Below, one piece after another: positions 1 to 12,600 of a stretch of DNA of 64,000 nt. Under the pieces are notes generated by a model, which was not told the origin of the DNA, did no database searches, and saw only the letters and a list, made by a program, of their open reading frames with translations. Both the position numbers and the translations under genes were made by a program. The stretch lies in assembly GCA_964016885.1 (NCBI GenBank), contig OZ024740.1:79856001-79920000 (forward strand). Reading direction: 5' to 3'. How positions within the stretch are numbered: the stretch's first letter is position 1; each line of letters starts with the position of its first letter. The stretch is from Eledone cirrhosa. Lineage: Eukaryota.

Positions 1-1822
1 TTCACAAATAAATATGCATTATTAAGAAAGTTATGAGGAAATAAAGTCTTGTATAATATTTGACGCAACTAGAAGCTGGCAACTATTTTATTCACAGTTG
101 TATAACAAATATAATGTTGATAAACATAATGCATGAGAGGGGGGGGGGGGGGGGGCAAAAAGAAAACCGACAATCAATTCACTACCAAATGCGACAATCG
201 GCCGCACATCGCATCACATCATAAGGGTTAACTTTGAGGCAAGCTAATACACTAGCAGCATTGTCACGGGTGATGGCGAGGCTAAGGCGCTGAATCACCT
301 GACATCTCAGTAAGGCGGTCCGCCAGCGATGACAAGAACTTCACTGTCAGCAGCCCAACTCCACCAAACGTCTAGAAGCTGTCGCCTGAAAATGTAATTC
401 CTCTGTATCTCGCTGGTTAAGAATTCTTTTTGGTACTTTTCACTAACCATTTTATGATTGAAATATGGAATTATTTCCAATGATTATTCATCGTCCATTG
501 GTTATCTTCGTAGCACTGATCTTTGGAACAAAATGTTAAGTTTCTCTTAATAGGTAATCAATGTTAGAAAGTTGATTTTTCATCACCAAAGGGACATGAA
601 CTGAAAGTATGGCAACATTATCTTATGAGAATTAAATTCCGATTATCTAATTTCATTAACACCTAGAGAATTATTTAACCCACAACATTTTGGAATAGCA
701 AAACAATTTTAAATATTAATTCATACATCAGCTTTGCTCTTACTCTAAAATATGCTGGTCTTGTACCTAAATTAAAAACCAATGTTAATTCCCACACCAT
801 CTTTTGTTATCCGGGGAAACGCATTCTCCATTCTGTCCGTCGGGGCTGTGGGGAGGCCAGCACGTGGGACCCCATTTTCTCACCATACGAAGAGATGAGG
901 AGGGCAAGAGGGATGGAGGCGATGACAGTGGGAGTTCGGCTCTTCCACGTTCGGACCATATCCTTTTGGTTGTGTTCATCAAGCCCTAGTGCAGTAATGA
1001 AATGTATGTAAAAATAATTAACCCCATGAACAAGAATAACAATAGCAACAATTGTTTCTAATAACTTTTCTACAACTTGATGCAGCAATTTCAGCATGTT
1101 TTTTTAAAACATGAAATTAACCTTAACGACTGATAAAGTTTAATGCTATATTAACTCATCCAACATCAAGAATTGATTATAACTAACGTTGGCGTTTTTT
1201 CGTTTTAAGTAGACAGCAATCGCTGTACGTAATAAAATGAAAATGAATGGCACCTGATTGTTCTGTGTGTAAATCTATAAAGAAAAGGTACATTTAAATT
1301 TAACTTTTTCAAGTTTCACTTAGAAAGGAAGGTAGGGGTGGAGAGAGATGTGTGCCCCCTCTCCAGTATATTTAAGAGGTGTATGAATGTGGCGAGAATG
1401 GCCCGTATGAATGGGCCTACTCTGAGCATACACCTGTAGGCTGGCAGATTTGAGGAGGAGAGGAGGTGCTCTTCCCTGGTGCTCTCGAAGCGTCAGGTGG
1501 TTCAGGATTGGTGGGGTACCTGAGTCGCCCCTGGGTCGTTCACCTCCCTCCCATTGGGGAATTCTGTTTGTATTTTTGTTTATTATAGTATGTTTTCACT
1601 GTTTTTTTTGTTGTTGTAAACTCCATTGTCCCTCTCTTTTTGTATTGCCCCCTATATGTCGACCTTGTGGCCAATAAAGAATCATTACACACGTCTCGAG
1701 TAGGGAAACCATAGAAAACGCATAATTTACGACGATTTTGAAGGCCATATTCGTTTAAAACAGGAAAAACAAATTTCACCTTGAAAATTTTAACTAAACC
1801 TATTTTAAAATTAAGTTGTTCT

Positions 1823-1867
1823 TTTTTACTATTACACCCGTCGTGGAGACGGGTGTAATAGTAAAAA
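1823..1867. repeat. Perfect hairpin, 20-bp stem and 5-nt loop
   Basis: TTTTTACTATTACACCCGTC-GTGGA-GACGGGTGTAATAGTAAAAA; the arms are exact reverse complements. Confidence 0.9.
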
Positions 1868-2994
1868 TTAACATCAAAGAAAAATTGGACATATTTTCTA
1901 CGTACATGCAAGAATTTTGTATTAATAAATTCAGGATGATTTATTAGTAAAAGGAAATGTTTAAAATAAAATTGTTTGTTAATTATTAATGAAAACACTA
2001 CAGAAAAGTATCATAATTAATCTTAATGAATGTAAAATGAAATTGTTATCGGAGATAGCCGTCTACTTCACCCGCAAATTTGTTCTTTCAACAAAGATGG
2101 AGAGCAAAGACATTTTTTTCATAAGTGCCACTCATTGTTTTTATACAGTTTCAAATCATTTGCAATTAGTAGAAATGTTGCTATTCATAGTTTCTTCTAA
2201 ATACGAATATTTGTATGACAAGCTGCAAATGTTTCCGTTTTAAGTTTGTTTTGCTAGTGGAAAAAAAAACAACTTTTGATAAAATTCGGTAAATTTTATT
2301 TACATAAATTATCAAAAGATTAACAGTTTGCACAAAGTAATCAGAAAAAAAAGATATGAAAGAAAAAAAAAAGGCGATAGAAGACAAGCATACTCAATTA
2401 CACGTCACAACAGGGGTGCTGGAGTTTCGCCTAATTTTTTGAGACAGACTTAAAAAACTCGCTGCATTGTTATGCTCTATCTTTTCATAGTATTCATGAG
2501 CGTCAAGTTTCGGTGCCAGTGTTCACCGATTGTGCCAAATATATCTCTTACATCTATACAAATTTAATGACAAAATTCAAATGCCAAACAATGGGTTGAG
2601 AGGACCCTTCAGTTCTGTCAAAGACATTGCAACTTCTCCTGTACACTCGGTAGAATGTGATACTGTAAGTAAAATGCAGACCCCTGGCCTGTCTGGGAGG
2701 TCTGTAACCCTGCTTCAATACTGATTTGGTCTATGTAGACTCGTCCCAACCCTTGCTAGCAGGAAAAGCGGACATTAAACAATGATGATGATAGCTAGCT
2801 AGCTTGCTAGAATATGTAAGAATAATATTGATATAGTTTATATCAATAACTGGATAAATACAGTATAAATATTAAAAAATTAAAAAATAAAACTAAAATA
2901 GGTTGAATTTGGGGACAGTCACCAATGTTTGCTGTAAATATGAACTGAATTATCCTCATTTTGTACTTGTTTTTGGAAGGGAATTTTTCTGTTA

Positions 2995-3182
2995 ATAATT
3001 ATTTCTACTTTTGGCACAAGGCCATCAATTACCCAGTACATTACTGGTACTTTATTTTATCAACTCCGTAAGGATGAAAGGCAAAGTTAACCTCGGCGGG
3101 ATTTGAACTCAGACCGTAAAGGGACGTAACTATGCTGGAAAGCATGGCGTCCGACTCTCTACCGATACTGCCAATCCACGCT
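2995..3182 (-). mobile_element. tRNA-derived SINE, family A (Meta/MESC-like central domain)
   Basis: Minus strand has A box TGGCAGTATCGG, B box GTTCAAATCC, core TTTGCCTTTCATCCTTACGGAGTTGATAAAATAAAGTACCAG and an (ATT)n tail; about 10 or more related copies in the window. Confidence 0.8.
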
Positions 3183-3439
3183 AATAATCATTAATAGATA
3201 GTTAACATTTTTTCAGTATGATTCATTGAAGCCAGCTGTTTTCGAACATCTGCTATAAAATATTTGATTTTTAAAGAATGTGGTGTTGGAAGAAGAAAAA
3301 AAATTCCTTTTAAAATATCTGGTTATCTCATTTTAAATTAGATACTAAAATAATTTCCAATATTTTTCAATTTCTAGTTAAAATCAGGATGAAAGCACAT
3401 AGCAGATTGAATATAGAAAAACCTGAATATATATATATA

Positions 3440-4960
3440 TTTCCCCATCACCTACCACCCCTCCACCCTACCCCCTCCACCTCTTCCGACGCCTCCAGTC
3501 CGACCCCTCCACCTCCCACATCTTCCCAGCCCCACCACTACCCTCCTTCAAACGCGCACGCAATCTCCGCACCCTCCTCGTCTGCAGCTCCCTACCTCCC
3601 CCCGGTTCCCTGCCCTGTTCCAGGCCTCGTTGCAACACTTGTCCCCACATCACCAACACCACCTTCCAGGGTCCCAACGGCCACTCTCTCTCTATCCGAC
3701 ACGCCTTCTGCTGCACCTCCTCCAACCTAGTCTATGGACGTCGCCTGGCGGACCGTTTTACCGAAGACCTCCGGGATATTCGTCTCGGCGGGAGTTCCCC
3801 CATCGCCCGCCACTTTGGCTCCCTGGACATTCCGCGCACCACCTCACAGTCTGTGGCCTACTCCAATGCCACGGAACACCCGCCACCCTCCTCAGGATCG
3901 AACAACGCACCATCTTCACCCTACAGACCCACACTCGCCCTGGCCTGAACTCCCCACCCCTATTCCTTTAGCCTTCGACCGCCCTGTCCCCCCCCCCCCC
4001 CACATATCCCCCACTAACACCACTAACACACTGCTCCTTTTCACTGCCCACCCCACAACTAACAATACTAACATCCCCCCTTCCCCTCCCCAATCCCCCT
4101 ATCATGCATACACCCACCGGTACATATATACATGCACTCACACTAACCACACACCCTACTACCACCACTAACCCTCACCCACACATCCACTCCCACCACC
4201 CCACAATCAATACCACTAACATTCCCCCGACCACACGAACACACACACCCATCCACACCCACTTACACCACCCACTCTACACACCCTACCACCACTGACC
4301 CCCACTAACACACTCGCATTAACCCTTTCCCCACCACCAGTATACTAACACCCCTTCACCACACACTCATCCAAACACGCACACACACACCAGTACACTA
4401 CACTCCCTCCACTGTCCCCCACACCTTTCTCTCCCTCTCCCCGCTCCACCCACACCCCTTCACACACAGGCATCCCACTAACACCTCTACTAATACACAC
4501 CCCCTGCCCCCACACGACCCCCTCCCTACTCCACCTTTCACACCTACCCATCCTCTCCCCTGTCCATCGCACCGCTGCACACACCGACACACCGACTTTC
4601 TCCACCTGCCATTCTCCCCTACTGCTGCTATGCCCTGACCCTCTGACCCCCTCTCCGCACACACACACAACCCTCCTCCTGCCTTGACCCTCTGCGCGCG
4701 CACCCCACATCTCCCCTCTTCCGACCAACCCAACCATGGATTACACACATTGGACATCGCTCCCACGAATCAACTCCATCACTAGGAAAATATCCGGCAT
4801 CCCACCACACCCTCTACGGAACTACCGTAGGAACTTACCCACGGACATACACTCACAAAAATTTATTTTCCCACACGCCACCTACATCCACAATACGTAT
4901 AAACACCACACACACGTGCATGCCTCCACATATTTACACATTCAGCCTCCGGAATCCTCG
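3440..4960 (+). mobile_element. Penelope-like element fragment: GIY-YIG C-terminus plus C/A-rich flanking sequence
   Basis: 3734-3971 reads GRRLADRFTEDLRDIRLGGSSPIARHF, then after a frameshift GHSAHHLTVCGLLQCHG..LLRIEQRTIFTLQTHTRPGLN, typical of the PLE endonuclease end. Outer boundaries are uncertain. Confidence 0.65.
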
Positions 4961-5573
4961 TCGGATTTCCCCTTGCGTATGGCTTGAACTTAGTCATGGC
5001 TTTCCATTGAATGGAGAAGCCTATACTTGAGTCCTTGAGGGACCATACGTGGCTCGCGAGTTTCGTGGATGAACGTTTGTCTGGGTATCTGAAGGTGGAC
5101 TGGTGGTTCAGGAAATGCTCCTTATGTATTGACGAAGGAATAACTATCCTAAAGAGATTACGCAATAGTGATTGCCTAAACACGAGGAGTGAATTTTTCA
5201 CACGTCCACACGTCACCAAACATCTATTGCATAACTACAAGGCTCCAGACTGATTCTTAGTAATTTTATTTAAAATTTTTTAAAATTTTATTTTCAATCT
5301 AAAAACTTTCCGGACTTTTGCAGTTATTTCCCTTACACCTCCCGCACGCAGTCTAGTATTGCCTATGTGAAGTGACCGAGTTTCTGCGCATGCGCGTTCG
5401 TACGGTTGTCGTTCCTGTTCCTATAACCATACACATCCCGAGCTGAAGATCTGCTAAGGTGAAACAATTGTTCTCAGTATGGTGAACTAACTGTTGTGTA
5501 ACCACTTCTACCTAACTCGTCCCTTGGACTGAGTGCTCTACACTACGGATATTACCTTCCAGTGTTCCACCAC
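4960..5573 (+). mobile_element. Second PLE family, 3' end with 5' inversion
   Basis: Minus 5110->4960 reads FLNHQSTFRYPDKRSSTKLASHVWSLKD..WKAMTKFKPY; plus 5110-5253 reads RKCSLCIDE..CLNTRSEFF..KHLL*. Both match consecutive parts of the PLE ORF at 57944-58771. Ends at (TA)n. Confidence 0.75.
5440..5475 (+). ncRNA. Minimal type I hammerhead ribozyme-like motif in PLE 3' region
   Basis: gag-CTGAAGA-tctgctaaggt-GAAA-caattg-TT-ctc; stem I gag/ctc, palindromic stem III CAATTG, weak stem II. Confidence 0.55.
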
Positions 5574-6177
5574 TATATATATATATATATATACGCACAC
5601 ACACACACATATATATATTAGAAAAGGAATAAAAGCATATATTTAAATCTTATAAACAATTAAAATAAATGAATATGAATAAATGTGAAGCATTTAAAAA
5701 TAGCATTTTGTTTTGTAAAATTGTTTTTGAGTTTGGAGCAATTGTCAAAAGCTATAAGTAGAATAGGTTTGCTCTGTTGTGTTTGTAACTTCACTCTAAT
5801 TTATATTCTTTTTATAGAAAAAAACCTTTGTAAACTACTTCCATTTTAAGTGGTGAATGCATTGGATAAAACAGCATACACTTCATATATTTAAATGGTA
5901 GAAAGGTATATGCAAGAATTGATATAGTTAAAACTTGACATTTCCGGCCCTCTAAATTATAATATCTGATTTGCTATTTTAGCTGATTTTTGATTCGTCT
6001 GAATGTACGTTGTGTAAAACATCCTTTTGTTGTAAACATTGGTTTCTTCTTGTATGTATTGTCAAATGCAATTTTGGTATATTTTGGTCTTTAAGATGCA
6101 CTTTTTTTAATAAAAAACTTTGATGTTAAAATCTGTTGGCATCTTATACATTGAAGATATAATTAATAATGATGATA

Positions 6178-6320
6178 ATAATGGTTTCTGATTTAGGTAC
6201 AAGGCCAACAATTGCAGGGAGGGTTTAATCGTTACTGGTACTATATTTTATCAACCCTGTAAGAATGCAAAGCAAAGCTAACCTTGGCAAGATTTGAACA
6301 CATAACGCAAGGGCCATAAC
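6178..6320 (-). mobile_element. SINE family A, diverged copy
   Basis: Similar to 2995-3182 (aaggccaacaatt..actggtac..gatttgaac). Confidence 0.65.
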
Positions 6321-6729
6321 TCTATTACTCTGCTGTGTTTATGGCAAAAACATTGATTGTGTATACTTTTATATAAGCTGAGAAATATGTGACAAAAAAA
6401 GAAATTGATTGTAAAATGGGGAAATGGCTTATATTTGTAGTGAATACTTCACCAATTTTCACCAACTTCAAATTCTATGTGAATGAGGTGTGTGAATATT
6501 ACACCGGTCTCACTTTGGAGGTACAATTTGTTTTGAATGAATATATGGCCTTTAAAACGGCCAGAAATTGGTAAAAAATATTTTGTAATGGAGTAATGGA
6601 GTTGTGAAACAAAAACTATACTCTAAATGACATTTAAAACATTTTAGATACCAAAATATTAAAACTTCATTAATATATTCTCATGAGAATTTCATAACTG
6701 CATGCTCTAAACATAATGCACACAGGATT

Positions 6730-6810
6730 TGGATTTTTGCCCATTTTTCAGACATAAAATAGGGGTTGATTTATATTTGGATCAGCACATATTCAAGTAT
6801 ATATATGGTA
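6730..6810. mobile_element. Degenerate terminus of a pogo/Tigger-like MITE
   Basis: ggggttgatttatatttggatcagcacatattcaagtatatatggta resembles the ..TACTCGAGTATATACGG-TA terminal pattern after CpG decay. Confidence 0.4.
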
Positions 6811-7014
6811 ACTATCGACGACCTGGTCCATGTAACTGGAGTCCTATCAAAAGAATGTTTATATATCAAATATTTCATCCTTTTGATACTAACCTGTCCA
6901 AAATAAACTTGGGTTTTCTATGAAAGAAAACTACCCACTACCCATTTTATAGGTTTTCAATTTAAATTAAAACCTGCCTACATAATTTTATTTGTATGCC
7001 ATAAATACCATTTT

Positions 7015-7183
7015 AATAATTGTTTCTACTTTTGGCACAAGGCCAGCAATTACTCCAGTGCATTACTGGTGCTTTATTTTATCGACCCCGTAAGGATGAA
7101 AGGCAAAATTAACTCAGAACGCCAAGGGCCATAACTATGTCGCAAATCAGGGTGTCTGATGCTCTACTGATACTGCCAATCCC
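7015..7183 (-). mobile_element. SINE family A
   Basis: Close match to 2995-3182 with a small internal deletion. Confidence 0.75.
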
Positions 7184-7450
7184 TAAATAATGAAATAATT
7201 AAATGCATGTCTGAACATAGCTGAGTTCTAGAGAAGGAGAGAGAGAGGGTAGAGAGGAAGTGAGAGAAATATAGAGGAAGAATTGACCCCATCTGATTCT
7301 TTAACTATCCTACTAATCCACTGCACCTGGATTGGTACTTTAACAACTTTGAAAAAATAAATGACAGAATTGACTCAAAGAATAGAGGGCTGGAACATCC
7401 AAGTCAATCAATTTGAATCTCTAACAATTTGTCACCTCTTAGTATGTTAA

Positions 7451-7671
7451 TCCTTTACCATTTACATTATTCTATATTTACTATTATATTTTCATGGTAA
7501 AGGCTTTACCCTACATAATTATTTCACATAATATCGAATGTATGAGATTTTGATATTATTTATTTTGAGAACAATACCTTAACATAAGTATGAGCAGCTG
7601 GTTACAGCAGGTTTGAACAGAAAGAGGTGAGAGAATTCTGGCCGGATATGGCTAGTTTAAATGCTAAAGGG
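7451..7671 (-). mobile_element. piggyBac-like MITE
   Basis: TTAA on both sides; TIR (t)CCTTTACCATTT..AAATGCTAAAGGG; reverse complement of 14858-15075. Confidence 0.75.
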
Positions 7672-7766
7672 TTAAGTACTCAGCATTTTTTTTAATACCT
7701 TTCTCAGTTTCCTTAAGCATCACATGTCCATACCAGTGCAATTGTTTTTCTTGCATGCTATATTCA

Positions 7767-7850
7767 ACCTTTAGCATTTACATTACTCTGTTTGAACAGA
7801 AAGAGGTGAGAGAATTCTGGCCGGGTGTGGCCAGTTTAAATGCTAAAGGG
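7767..7850 (-). mobile_element. Internally deleted copy of the piggyBac-like MITE
   Basis: CCTTTAGCATTTACATT..AAATGCTAAAGGG-TTAA. Confidence 0.7.
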
Positions 7851-8819
7851 TTAAGGTATACGGCAAAATAAAAAAAAAAAGAAGTAAAACAGGATGTTTG
7901 AGTAGTTTATATTTAACTATTGTTTAGCTTGAGATAGAACTCTGTTCAAAGGTGTTCCAACCATAACAATCCCATATTTTTGTATATTAGGAACTGTATT
8001 GTCCAATATAGACTTCTTTATTTCAGAGGACAGTGTATGATTTGAGGACAGGTTGGTTGCTATGTTTAGCAGGTCAAACAACCACATAGATGCCTTTTCA
8101 ATGGCTTGTATTTGTCTGTGGGTTTTTTTTATGTATGTATGGTGCCAAAAATGTTATCAATTTATTGAGAAACTATCATTTCAAATCAGCAGGAATTACT
8201 AATCGATCAATGAAATCAATATTATGCTACACCTGACCTATTATATTATCCTCACTGGTTTTAGATCTGATTTCCTTTTTAGCATTGCTTGTATAGATTG
8301 CTTTCTACAGTTCTTCCTCAAATACTCCAAATTTCCAAGCTCTTCTTTTTATCTTCTGTTTCTTTCCTTTTTTTTTTTCCGCCATCATCCCACAACTGGT
8401 AGACATTATCAGTTCCGTGATGGAAGATTCTCTCTCACTAGAGCAGCTCAAACTCTCTACAATAAATATTACATTAATTATTATTGGCCCATCGGTTGCT
8501 TACTTATCTAGTTCACATCATCAATGGTTCTCACTCATATTCCAACTAATGCCTTAATAGTCTCCTCCTCCTCCTCCTCTGGCAGACAATCATCCCTGCC
8601 CCCTCCCTCTCATCCTGCTCCTCCTTATCCCTCTCACTTCTCCCTCTCCTATCCCTTATCCCTCTCCTATCCCTTATCCCTCTCCCTCTCCTATCCCATC
8701 CCTTATCCCTCTCCCCTTCCTCTCCTATTCCTTTTCATTCTCTCTCCCTTTCCTCTCCTCTAACCCTTTCTTGTCCTCTACTTCTATCTCCTCTACTCCA
8801 CCAAGTTTGCTCTCCGATT

Positions 8820-8993
8820 TCTCTCTCTCTGCTTCACTCTTTCTCTCTCTGCTTCACTCACTCTCTCTCTCTCTCTCTCTCTCTCTGCTTCACTCTCTCT
8901 CTGCTTCACTCTCTCTCTCTCTCTCTCTGCTTCACTCTCTCTCTGCTTCACTCTCTCTCTCTCTCTCTCTGCTTCACTCTCTTTCTCTCTCTG

Positions 8994-9030
<37 letters not shown>

Positions 9031-9450
9031 TTCACTCTCTCTCTGCTTCACTCTCTCTCTCTCTCTCTGCTTCACTCTCTTTCTCTCTCTGGTTCACTCT
9101 TTCTCTCTCTGCTTCACTCTTTCTCTCTCTGCTTCACTCTTTCTCTCTCTGCTTCACTCTTTCTCTCTCTGCTTCACTCTTTCTCTCTCTGCTTCACTCT
9201 CTCTCTCTGCTTCACTCTCTCTCTCTGCTTCACTCTTTCTCTCTCTGCTTCACTCTCTCTCTCTCTGCTTCACTCTCTCTCTCTCTCTCTGCTTCACTCT
9301 TTCTCTCTCTGCTTCACTCTCTCTCTCTCTCTCTCTCTGCTTCACTCTCTCTCTCTTTCTCTGCTTAACTCTCTCTCTCTCTGCTTCACTCTCTCTCTTT
9401 CTCTCTCTGCTTCACTCTCTCTCTTTCTCTCTCTGCTTCACTCTCTCTCT
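8820..9450. repeat. (CT)n microsatellite punctuated by GCTTCA
   Basis: Repeated ctctctctGCTTCActct units of variable length. Confidence 0.95.
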
Positions 9451-9769
9451 TATCAGCCATCTTCAATGCCGATCTAAAGCTGTTTTTATCTCTCAGAATT
9501 ACATTTACCATATGCAATGTAACATATCTTTCATATCTGCATTTACTGTCCATCTTTCAATACTATATTATTACATTTTTCAACATGTATCATCATGTTC
9601 TATGGACAGACATAAAGGCCCCTTTGTCTGTCTATCTGCCTGTCTGTCAGTTTGTCTGTCTGTCTGATACAGTCACTCATAAGATAGGCCTATAGCATAC
9701 AGGTAGTTAATCACAAATATGTGGGCAACATAGCATTTTGAAAACAAAGGCTAGATATAATCTATTCTT

Positions 9770-9930
9770 AATCATCATCATGTCTTCTGTCCCATCATTA
9801 TCAATGTCCTCAGAATTAACATCATCACCACCATCACCACCACCATCATCATCATCACCACCACCATCATCATCATCACCACCATCACCATCACCATCAC
9901 CATCACCATCATCACCATCACCATCATGAT
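9770..9930. repeat. (CAT/CAC)n trinucleotide repeat
   Basis: Direct reading. Confidence 0.9.
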
Positions 9931-10109
9931 AATCAGTTATTGGTCTCAACACTCAACATCATCATCATTAAGAATATTATTATTACTGTCAACATAAACC
10001 ATCATCGTGATCACCATTATCAATTCAATACTTGATTTTTCCAATCAGCTGTTTTATTGATCTGCTATACATTTTACAATGCATATTGATTGTGCATGAG
10101 TCATCAATT

Positions 10110-10590
10110 TCTCTACATAGAACCTTGTTAACAGATCTTTGGACTATATCTTCTATGTCTGTCCTCCACAAACTACATAGGTGTTGGCCTTACAAAACTA
10201 TAGTCTACACCTGCCATGTCTGTCCTTCATTATATCACCAGAAACTCACCTAGATTCTTGCCTTATAAATCTTTAGTTTTCATTGTCTGTCCTCTCCTAC
10301 ACTACATAGATTCTTGCCTTACAAACCTTCAGTTTACATCTGCTGTGGCTGTCCTCTCCTATACTACATAGATCTTTGCCATACAAATATTTAATCTTTG
10401 TGTCTGTCATCTCCTATACTACATAGATCCTTGCCATACAAATATTTAATCTTCGTGTCTGTCATCTCCTATACTACATAGATTCTTGTCTTACAAATAT
10501 TTAATCTTTGTGTGCCTTACAAATCTTAAGTCTTCATCATGTCTGTCCTCTACCACTCCACCACAAACCAAACCCTATTTAGATTCTTGC
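10110..10590. repeat. Degenerate ~55-bp tandem repeat
   Basis: Recurrent ctacatagattcttgccttacaaatatttaatct..gtctgtcatctcctata, about 7-8 copies. Confidence 0.8.
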
Positions 10591-11149
10591 CAACATATTT
10601 TATGTCCACCAAAAACAACAGGCAGTAGTTAATGTGTAGTGCAGTGTGACAGTCTGAACAAACACTCTCCACTGCCCAATCTATATTTTATAGCCATTGT
10701 TATTGTTGTTTAGCCCCATGTCATCTTTGATTGAACACTTATTATTAAAAGCATTGCATTTCATTTGTTTGCATATCTGGAACTATATTATCTGTGTCTT
10801 TCTTTTTTAAGACAATAAATAGGTCTGATTTGAGGGAGATTTGGTTGCTATTTCTAGTAGCTCAAACAGCAGTATAGAGCAAGCATAGGCCACCTTTTCT
10901 GAGCAGTAGGTTGTATGTAATTTTTTGTTAGACGTGCCATTCAGAAATCCAAACGAGCTAGTTTCCCCATGACTAATATAAAGGCATCTTTTTTGACTCC
11001 TCTATATGTTTGTCATGTCTGGTGGTGACCATATAGCAGAGACAGGTAAAATAGACCCAATTGGAGTGTGGTATTTGCTTTTTGCTGTACTTATTTTTAG
11101 GAGTATTCATACCCAGCATTGAGCTTTGGAGCTGTTGATAATTATGAGA

Positions 11150-11890
11150 ATGTTGATGATAAAATTAGTCAAATGATGATAATGTTTGTGAAATGTTGAT
11201 AATGTTTGTGAAATGTTGATAATGTTTGTGAAATGTTAATGTTTGTGAAATGTTAATGTTTGTGAAATGTTGATGTTTGTGAAATGTTGATGTTTGTGAA
11301 ATGTTGATGTTTGTGAAATGTTGATATTAGTCAAAAGTTGATGATAATGTTGATGTTAGTCAAAAGTTGATGATAATGTTGATGTTGTTAGTCAAAGGTT
11401 GATGATAATGTTAGTTAAATGTTGATAATGTTTGTGAAATGTTGATAATGTTTGTGAAATGTTGATAATGTTTGTGAAATGTTAATGTTTGTGAAATGTT
11501 AATGTTTGTGAAATGTTGATGTTTGTGAAATGTTGATATTAGTCAAAAGTTGATGATAATGTTGATGTTAGTCAAAAGTTGATGATAATGTTGATGATGT
11601 TAGTCAAAAGTTGATGATATTGTTAGTCAAAAGTTGATGATAATGTTAGTTAAATGTTGATAATGTTTGAAATGTTGATAATGTTTGTGAAATGTTAATG
11701 TTTGTGAAATGTTGATGTTTGTGAAATGTTGATGATGTTTGTGAAATGTTGATGTTTGTGAAATGTTGATGATGTTTGTGAAATGTTGATATTAGTCAAA
11801 AGTTGATGATAATGTTGATGTTAGTCAAAAGTTGATGATAATGTTGATGATGTTAGTCAAATGTTGATGATAATGTTAGTTAAATGTTGG
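11150..11890. repeat. Compound minisatellite with higher-order blocks
   Basis: Alternating runs of aatgtttgtgaaatgttgat and gttagtcaaaagttgatgataat; the block recurs about three times. Confidence 0.9.
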
Positions 11891-11919
11891 TCTTTCTTGA
11901 GAGTAAACGTTCATCAGGA

Positions 11920-12143
11920 CAGGGCTAATCCTGGTTTCATATGATGTTAAGTGACTAAAGCTACAAGATGGATGAAATGCCAGTCTGTTGCAAGATTAAC
12001 TGTTAGCAACCTCTGTTTCTCATTTGTTTCATTGGAGTGAGCTGGAACATTGTGAAATGAATTGTCTTGCTCAAGGACAGAACATGCCCTCTAGTATTGG
12101 AATTGAACCCATGACTTTCTGACCATAAGCCAAACAACATAAT
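11920..12143 (-). mobile_element. SINE family B-like copy, diverged
   Basis: ctggaacattgtgaaatgaattgtcttgctcaaggac..attgaaccc is similar to 38190-38260. Confidence 0.55.
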
Positions 12144-12252
12144 TTTTTTACTTTGGGCACAAGGCCAGCAATTACCCAGTGTATTACTGGTACTTTATTT
12201 TATCGACCCTGTAAGGATGAAAGGCAAAGTTAACCTCGGCGGGATTTGAACT
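12144..12252 (-). mobile_element. 5'-truncated SINE family A with 20-bp TSD
   Basis: CATAAGCCAAACAACATAAT at 12124-12143 and 12253-12272. Confidence 0.8.
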
Positions 12253-12359
12253 CATAAGCCAAACAACATAATGACAGTAGATATTTGGGAGTGTTTTAAT
12301 GAGTAAGGTTGGTTTGTTTTTAATTGTGCCAGCTATTTTCATAAGAGAAATTACCCATT

Positions 12360-12600
12360 CCCCTCTCTCTCCTCTCTCCTCTTTCCTCTCTCATTCCCCT
12401 CTCTCTCTTCTCTCACCCCCTCTCTCTCTCTCCTCTCTCACCCCCTCTCTCTCTCCTCTCTCACCCCCTCTCTCTCTCCTCTCTCACCCCCTCTCTCATC
12501 ACCCCACTCTCTCATTGCCTCTCTCACTCATTCTCATCCCCCCTCTCTCTTGCCTTCTGCCCTCCTCCTCTTTTCTTCTCTCTCATAATCATCTCTCTCT
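12360..12600. repeat. CT-rich low-complexity tract
   Basis: Direct reading. Confidence 0.9.

Noticed and set aside
3389-4800. Pro/His/Thr-rich ORFs suggesting an extensin or mucin
   Set aside because: C/A-biased low-complexity DNA around a PLE endonuclease remnant; overlapping ORFs in several frames.
8771-9952. SLSL, ERER and poly-D/G ORFs
   Set aside because: Simple-repeat translations.
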